DNA of 64,000 nucleotides, taken from contig CP010425.1 of assembly GCA_000830295.1 (NCBI GenBank), forward strand, positions 224,001 through 288,000. The letters are read 5' to 3'. Position numbers and translations under genes: made by a program. Source of the DNA: an archaeon GW2011_AR15. GTDB lineage: Archaea > Nanobdellota > Nanobdellia > Woesearchaeales > GW2011-AR15. The notes under the pieces were generated by a model. The model worked only from the letters and a program-made list of their open reading frames with translations. It was not told the origin of the DNA and searched no databases. How positions within the stretch are numbered: position 1 is the stretch's first letter; the number at the start of each line of letters is the position of its first letter. Positions 60,145-64,000 of this stretch are shown piece after piece.

Positions 60145-60186
60145 CAGAGAGAGTGTATTCGGCGGGATATTTAAAAGTTATTGGTG

Positions 60187-60750
60187 TTATATCTCAAGGT
60201 CTTTGATATTCTCTGCATTAAGGACATTGTATCCTGCACGTTTCGCAATAGCGAGGATAGCAGAAGAATCATCTATCACTATGGCTGTTTCCGGGAAGAT
60301 GTTATGCTTCTTTGCCAGGGTGACCCAGAAAAGCACAGTGTCTTTTTTTCCTGCTTCAATGAAATCAACATATTCCATAAGCCCGAACCTGCCCAGAAAA
60401 ATCTCAATTGTCCTGGGCTGCGAACTGCTCACTATCCCTATTTTTTTCCCTTTTGATTTAATCTTCCTGAATATTTCCGGGATGCTTTTTGTTTTCAGGG
60501 CAAATTCATGCCTGGCGTATTTTTCAAGAATCTTATAGTACAGTTCTGTTGCATTGAGGTTTTTTGAAAGGTCAAAGCTGTCTGTTTTTTCAGTGCCTGC
60601 GCCTTCCCTGATTTCAGACATCAATTTCCTGAGCTCTGCCTCTTCTTTTCCTGTATGGCCTGCAAGCGCCCTTATGAGCTCCCAATGCATCTTCTCGTAT
60701 ATTGATGAATCCACAATGGTGTCATTCATGTCAAAGAGGTATGTTTCCAT
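60187..60750 (-). CDS. HAD-family hydrolase (variant DxN motif)
   Basis: YLFDMNDTIVDS, IVSS, VIDDS. Confidence 0.75.
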   Translation of the reverse strand: METYLFDMNDTIVDSSIYEKMHWELIRALAGHTGKEEAELRKLMSEIREGAGTEKTDSFDLSKNLNATELYYKILEKYARHEFALKTKSIPEIFRKIKSKGKKIGIVSSSQPRTIEIFLGRFGLMEYVDFIEAGKKDTVLFWVTLAKKHNIFPETAIVIDDSSAILAIAKRAGYNVLNAENIKDLEI

Positions 60751-60809
60751 CTGCTGAGTAAATATTTTAGGGTATATAAAGATACCCTGCCCAGAAAATT
60801 TTTAAGGTC

Positions 60810-61019
60810 TTACTTGTCTTTTCCCCTGAAAAGTATCCCTGCAAGAAGGTTCAGCAGGAACGCATCAAGTATTGTCAGTGAAGGCAATCCGAATATCTTC
60901 GGGATTACCCAGTTCCATATCAGCCATAGAGGAAGCGCGTAAAGCAATGCACTTACCAATATGAAGAATGCTGTCATAAGCAATACTCCCGGCACATTGG
61001 GCATGAATTTCAGTTTCAT
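60810..61019 (-). CDS. small membrane protein
   Basis: WLIWNWVIPKIFGLPSLT; ATGA-coupled to aspS. Confidence 0.7.
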   Translation of the reverse strand: MKLKFMPNVPGVLLMTAFFILVSALLYALPLWLIWNWVIPKIFGLPSLTILDAFLLNLLAGILFRGKDK

Positions 61020-62794
61020 TTCTCATCACCTTTCTTTACAAAATCATGTTTCAGGTGCAGCTCTTTCATCTGCCTTTCTGTTATGTCAGAAGGAGAGCCG
61101 TCCATAGTATTCTGCGCCTGCTTGTTCTTTGGGAATGCAATGACTTCCCTGATGTCGTTGTAGCCGCAGATGAGCGCGACAATCCTGTCGAACCCCAGGC
61201 CTACTCCGCCGTGCGGAGGAGCTCCGTATTTGAAAGCCTCCAGCAGGAATCCGAATCTTTTTTCTGCCTCTTTCTTTGGGAAGCCTACGACTGCCATCAC
61301 CCTTTCCTGCACTTCTGCCTCGTTTATCCTTATTGAGCCTGAGCACAGCTCTGTGCCGTTAAGTGTAAGGTCATACTGGTTGCACAGGACAGAGCCCGGG
61401 TCCTTTTCCAGCTTTGGAAGGTCCTCTTTTTTAGGCGCGCAGAACATGTGATGCATAGGGCCCCATTTGTTCTCTTCCTCATTCCACTCAAACAGCGGGA
61501 AGTCGATTATCCAGGCGAATTTCCATTCTTTTTTGTCTATCAGGTCAAGTTTGTCTCCGAGGAACAGCCTTACCTGGCCAAGCGAGCTGCACGCAACCTC
61601 AAATTTACCGGCGACAAAAAGCAGGAGGTCATTTTCTTTTGCCCCTGCTGCTTTTACAAGCTCCTGGAGAACTTTCTCCGGGAAATATTTTACAATTGAG
61701 CTTTCAGGCTTGCCGTTTTTTATCTTCATCCATGACATGCCTTTTGCATGGTGGACTTTTGCAAGCTCTATCATCCCGTCAATTTCATTCCTTGAGAATC
61801 CGGCTGCCTTCGGCACTCTCAGGCATTTCACAACTCCGCCTTCTTTTATCACGCTTTTGTAAATCTGGAATTCTGACTTGTCCATGACATCTGTAACATC
61901 GCAGAACTCCAGCCCAAACCTTAAATCCGGCTTGTCAGAGCCGTATTTCTCCATTGCCTCTTTCCATGACAGTTTCTGGAATGGCGCTTGTATATCTATG
62001 CTGAGAGTCTCTTTCCATATTGCCTTCATCAGTCCCTCGACAATCTCAAAAACATCCTCTCTTTCCACAAATGACATCTCAAGGTCTATCTGCGTATGCT
62101 CCGGCTGCCTGTCTGCCCTCAGATCTTCATCCCTCAGGCACCTGGCCAGCTGGAAATACCTGTCATAGCCTGAAACCATAAGTATCTGCTTGTATAATTG
62201 GGGGGACTGGGGCAACGCGTAGAATTTTCCCAAATTGACCCTGCTCGGCACAACATAATCCCTTGCCCCCTCAGGAGTGGATTTCATAAGCATCGGGGTT
62301 TCGATGTGCAGGAAATTCTGCGAGTCAAGGTAATTCATGGTTGCTTTGAAAGCCTTATGCCTCATTGTGAGGTTGCGCTGCATATTTTTCCTTCTCAGGT
62401 CAAGATACCTGTATCTCAGCCTCATGTCCTCGCTTATCTCAGCCCTCTCATCAATCTCAAAAGGAGGGACTTCGCTCCTGTTAAGTATCTCAGCAGAATC
62501 GCACAGGACCTCAATCTCTCCTGTATCCAGTTTAGTGTTTACCAGGCCTTCTCCCCTGAACCTTACTTTTCCTGTTGCCCTTACAACATATTCCCTTCTC
62601 AGCTCATTTGCAAGCTTATGGGATTTCTTGTCATGGCTCGGGTCAAATACCACCTGCGTCAGCCCATACCTGTCCCTCAAATCTATGAAAATGACCCCGC
62701 CGTGGTCCCTGTAGGACTGGACCCAGCCGCACAGGGTGACTTCTTTTTTTATGTCCTTTTTTCTTAATTCCCCGCATGTGTGTGTCCTTAGCAT
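61016..62794 (-). CDS. aspS: aspartate--tRNA ligase, bacterial type with GAD domain, probably non-discriminating
   Basis: MLRTHTCGEL, RDHGG, LPQSPQLYKQ, RDEDLRADRQPE, GAPPHGG; about 590 aa. Confidence 0.95.
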   Translation of the reverse strand: MLRTHTCGELRKKDIKKEVTLCGWVQSYRDHGGVIFIDLRDRYGLTQVVFDPSHDKKSHKLANELRREYVVRATGKVRFRGEGLVNTKLDTGEIEVLCDSAEILNRSEVPPFEIDERAEISEDMRLRYRYLDLRRKNMQRNLTMRHKAFKATMNYLDSQNFLHIETPMLMKSTPEGARDYVVPSRVNLGKFYALPQSPQLYKQILMVSGYDRYFQLARCLRDEDLRADRQPEHTQIDLEMSFVEREDVFEIVEGLMKAIWKETLSIDIQAPFQKLSWKEAMEKYGSDKPDLRFGLEFCDVTDVMDKSEFQIYKSVIKEGGVVKCLRVPKAAGFSRNEIDGMIELAKVHHAKGMSWMKIKNGKPESSIVKYFPEKVLQELVKAAGAKENDLLLFVAGKFEVACSSLGQVRLFLGDKLDLIDKKEWKFAWIIDFPLFEWNEEENKWGPMHHMFCAPKKEDLPKLEKDPGSVLCNQYDLTLNGTELCSGSIRINEAEVQERVMAVVGFPKKEAEKRFGFLLEAFKYGAPPHGGVGLGFDRIVALICGYNDIREVIAFPKNKQAQNTMDGSPSDITERQMKELHLKHDFVKKGDEK

Positions 62795-62848
62795 TTTATT
62801 CCTGTCTAATCTCATCCATTATTTAAGTTTATTGAAAATCGGTTTTCG

Positions 62849-64000
62849 TTATCCCAAAAACCCTCTTATTGCCGCTGCCTGCTCGACTTTCTCGGACATT
62901 CCGATGAAGCTGTTGGCCCTGAAATCTTTCAGTATAAGCGAGGTTACTTTTTTGTGCCTTTCATCAGTCTCATGCTCAAACCTTGATGCGACTGATTTCA
63001 CCTGCTTCTGTATTTTTTCAGGCAGTAGCTTTAGGCTTTCCTCATTGAAATATTTCAGCGAGTCCTTCATATCCTCGTCAAATGATGCTGTTACCGTGCT
63101 TATGAAATCGTAGTCCTTTTCTGTAAGGCTGCTCATCCCCAGCAGCTCGGGCGGCAGGCCGAATGAGTACATTGCGCCGCAGAATTTTATTGCCCTGGGA
63201 AGGGAGACCCCTGTCTGCTTTCTTGAATATCCGAAAAGCCCTATGTGCAGCTTTCTTTTCCTCCTTTCCGGAACATAAGAAGACATCTGGTTCACTAAGG
63301 GAGCTATCTGCGTGACCTGCTTCTGGTATTCAGAGGAAACCTTTTCTATCATCTCCCTTGCTTTTTTCTCGTCGACTTCCATCGGCTTTCCCATTTTTGC
63401 TTCTTCAATTTTTTCTACTGCTTTTCTGACAAGCTCCTCTGGATAATCATACTTGAATGCTGACTGTGCTGTGAAAGTCTGCACGCTGGGGTATGCTGCC
63501 ATTGCATTCTTTACATTGTCAGGCCTGAAATTCCCCCTGAACGGAGCTGACCCGCACCCTATTATAGGGTATAGGTCAACTGATTTTTTTTCTGAAAGGT
63601 AATGCAAATCCTGCAAAGCTATTTTATTGAGAAGGATTGCTGAAAGGTTCCCGTAATTCAGCGATGGGTCTGATCTTGCTAACCAAACTCTCTGGTGGCC
63701 TTCTATTTTTGCCTTGTCAAGGTATTCCCCTGTTATTTCAGCAGCCCTCAGCATGTGCTCCTTGTCTTCTATCAGCGGTATGACATTTATTGTGTCAGGC
63801 TTGAAGTCGCCTACCCACTCTTTTATTGCTGTATTGTTGACTTTCTTCAATTTTTTTCCTGTTATGAATTTGTCATAGTATTCCTTGACCATAAGCACTT
63901 CATGGGCTGAGCTTACCATTGGTATTGAAATCTCAAATATCGGGGCTATGTCTTTCTGGTAGAAATGGTAGGCTGTGTCATAATTCCTCGGGATGCTTTC
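62849..64000 (-). CDS. ppcA: phosphoenolpyruvate carboxylase, archaeal type (5' end outside window)
   Basis: IPLIED, LARSDP, GSAPFRG, RKLHIGLFGYSR, LPRAI; frame open to the window edge. Confidence 0.93.
   Translation of the reverse strand, partial: ESIPRNYDTAYHFYQKDIAPIFEISIPMVSSAHEVLMVKEYYDKFITGKKLKKVNNTAIKEWVGDFKPDTINVIPLIEDKEHMLRAAEITGEYLDKAKIEGHQRVWLARSDPSLNYGNLSAILLNKIALQDLHYLSEKKSVDLYPIIGCGSAPFRGNFRPDNVKNAMAAYPSVQTFTAQSAFKYDYPEELVRKAVEKIEEAKMGKPMEVDEKKAREMIEKVSSEYQKQVTQIAPLVNQMSSYVPERRKRKLHIGLFGYSRKQTGVSLPRAIKFCGAMYSFGLPPELLGMSSLTEKDYDFISTVTASFDEDMKDSLKYFNEESLKLLPEKIQKQVKSVASRFEHETDERHKKVTSLILKDFRANSFIGMSEKVEQAAAIRGFLG

Overview
This is archaeal chromosomal DNA (eS1, eL43, Rpo12, prefoldin, proteasome beta, aCPSF1/FttA, class I LysRS, class I CCA enzyme, PpcA, BHB-intron tRNAs). 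The compact layout and many bacterial-type enzymes (GyrB, GAD-domain AspRS, Adk, RpiB, Rpe, PhhA) suggest a DPANN/Woesearchaeota-like organism, which is an inference. The window is mostly housekeeping genes with orphan ORFs, three tRNAs (Gln and Asn with introns, His with an encoded G-1) and an SRP RNA. The standout signal is a divergent promoter at 17.4-17.7 kb. A probably leaderless 16-codon uORF, MHKPAAQSKYSYYYYC (5 Tyr in 6 codons), is followed directly by a switchable hairpin and then a phenylalanine-4-hydroxylase (Tyr-producing) gene, the geometry of a tyrosine-sensing ribosome-mediated attenuator in an archaeon. The opposite strand has a second uORF and an SD-sequestering hairpin before an Asp/Glu racemase that lacks an ATG at its expected start. 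Other signals missed by the ORF track: a 25-aa CPFC peptide heading a VKOR/Trx/CcdA/DoxX operon, a 37-aa H1-like basic protein, stacked duplicated gene starts before a PIN gene, duplicated tRNA-Asn ends around hairpins, and an SRP RNA with a vestigial helix 6. All calls come from reading motifs by eye; no searches were run.
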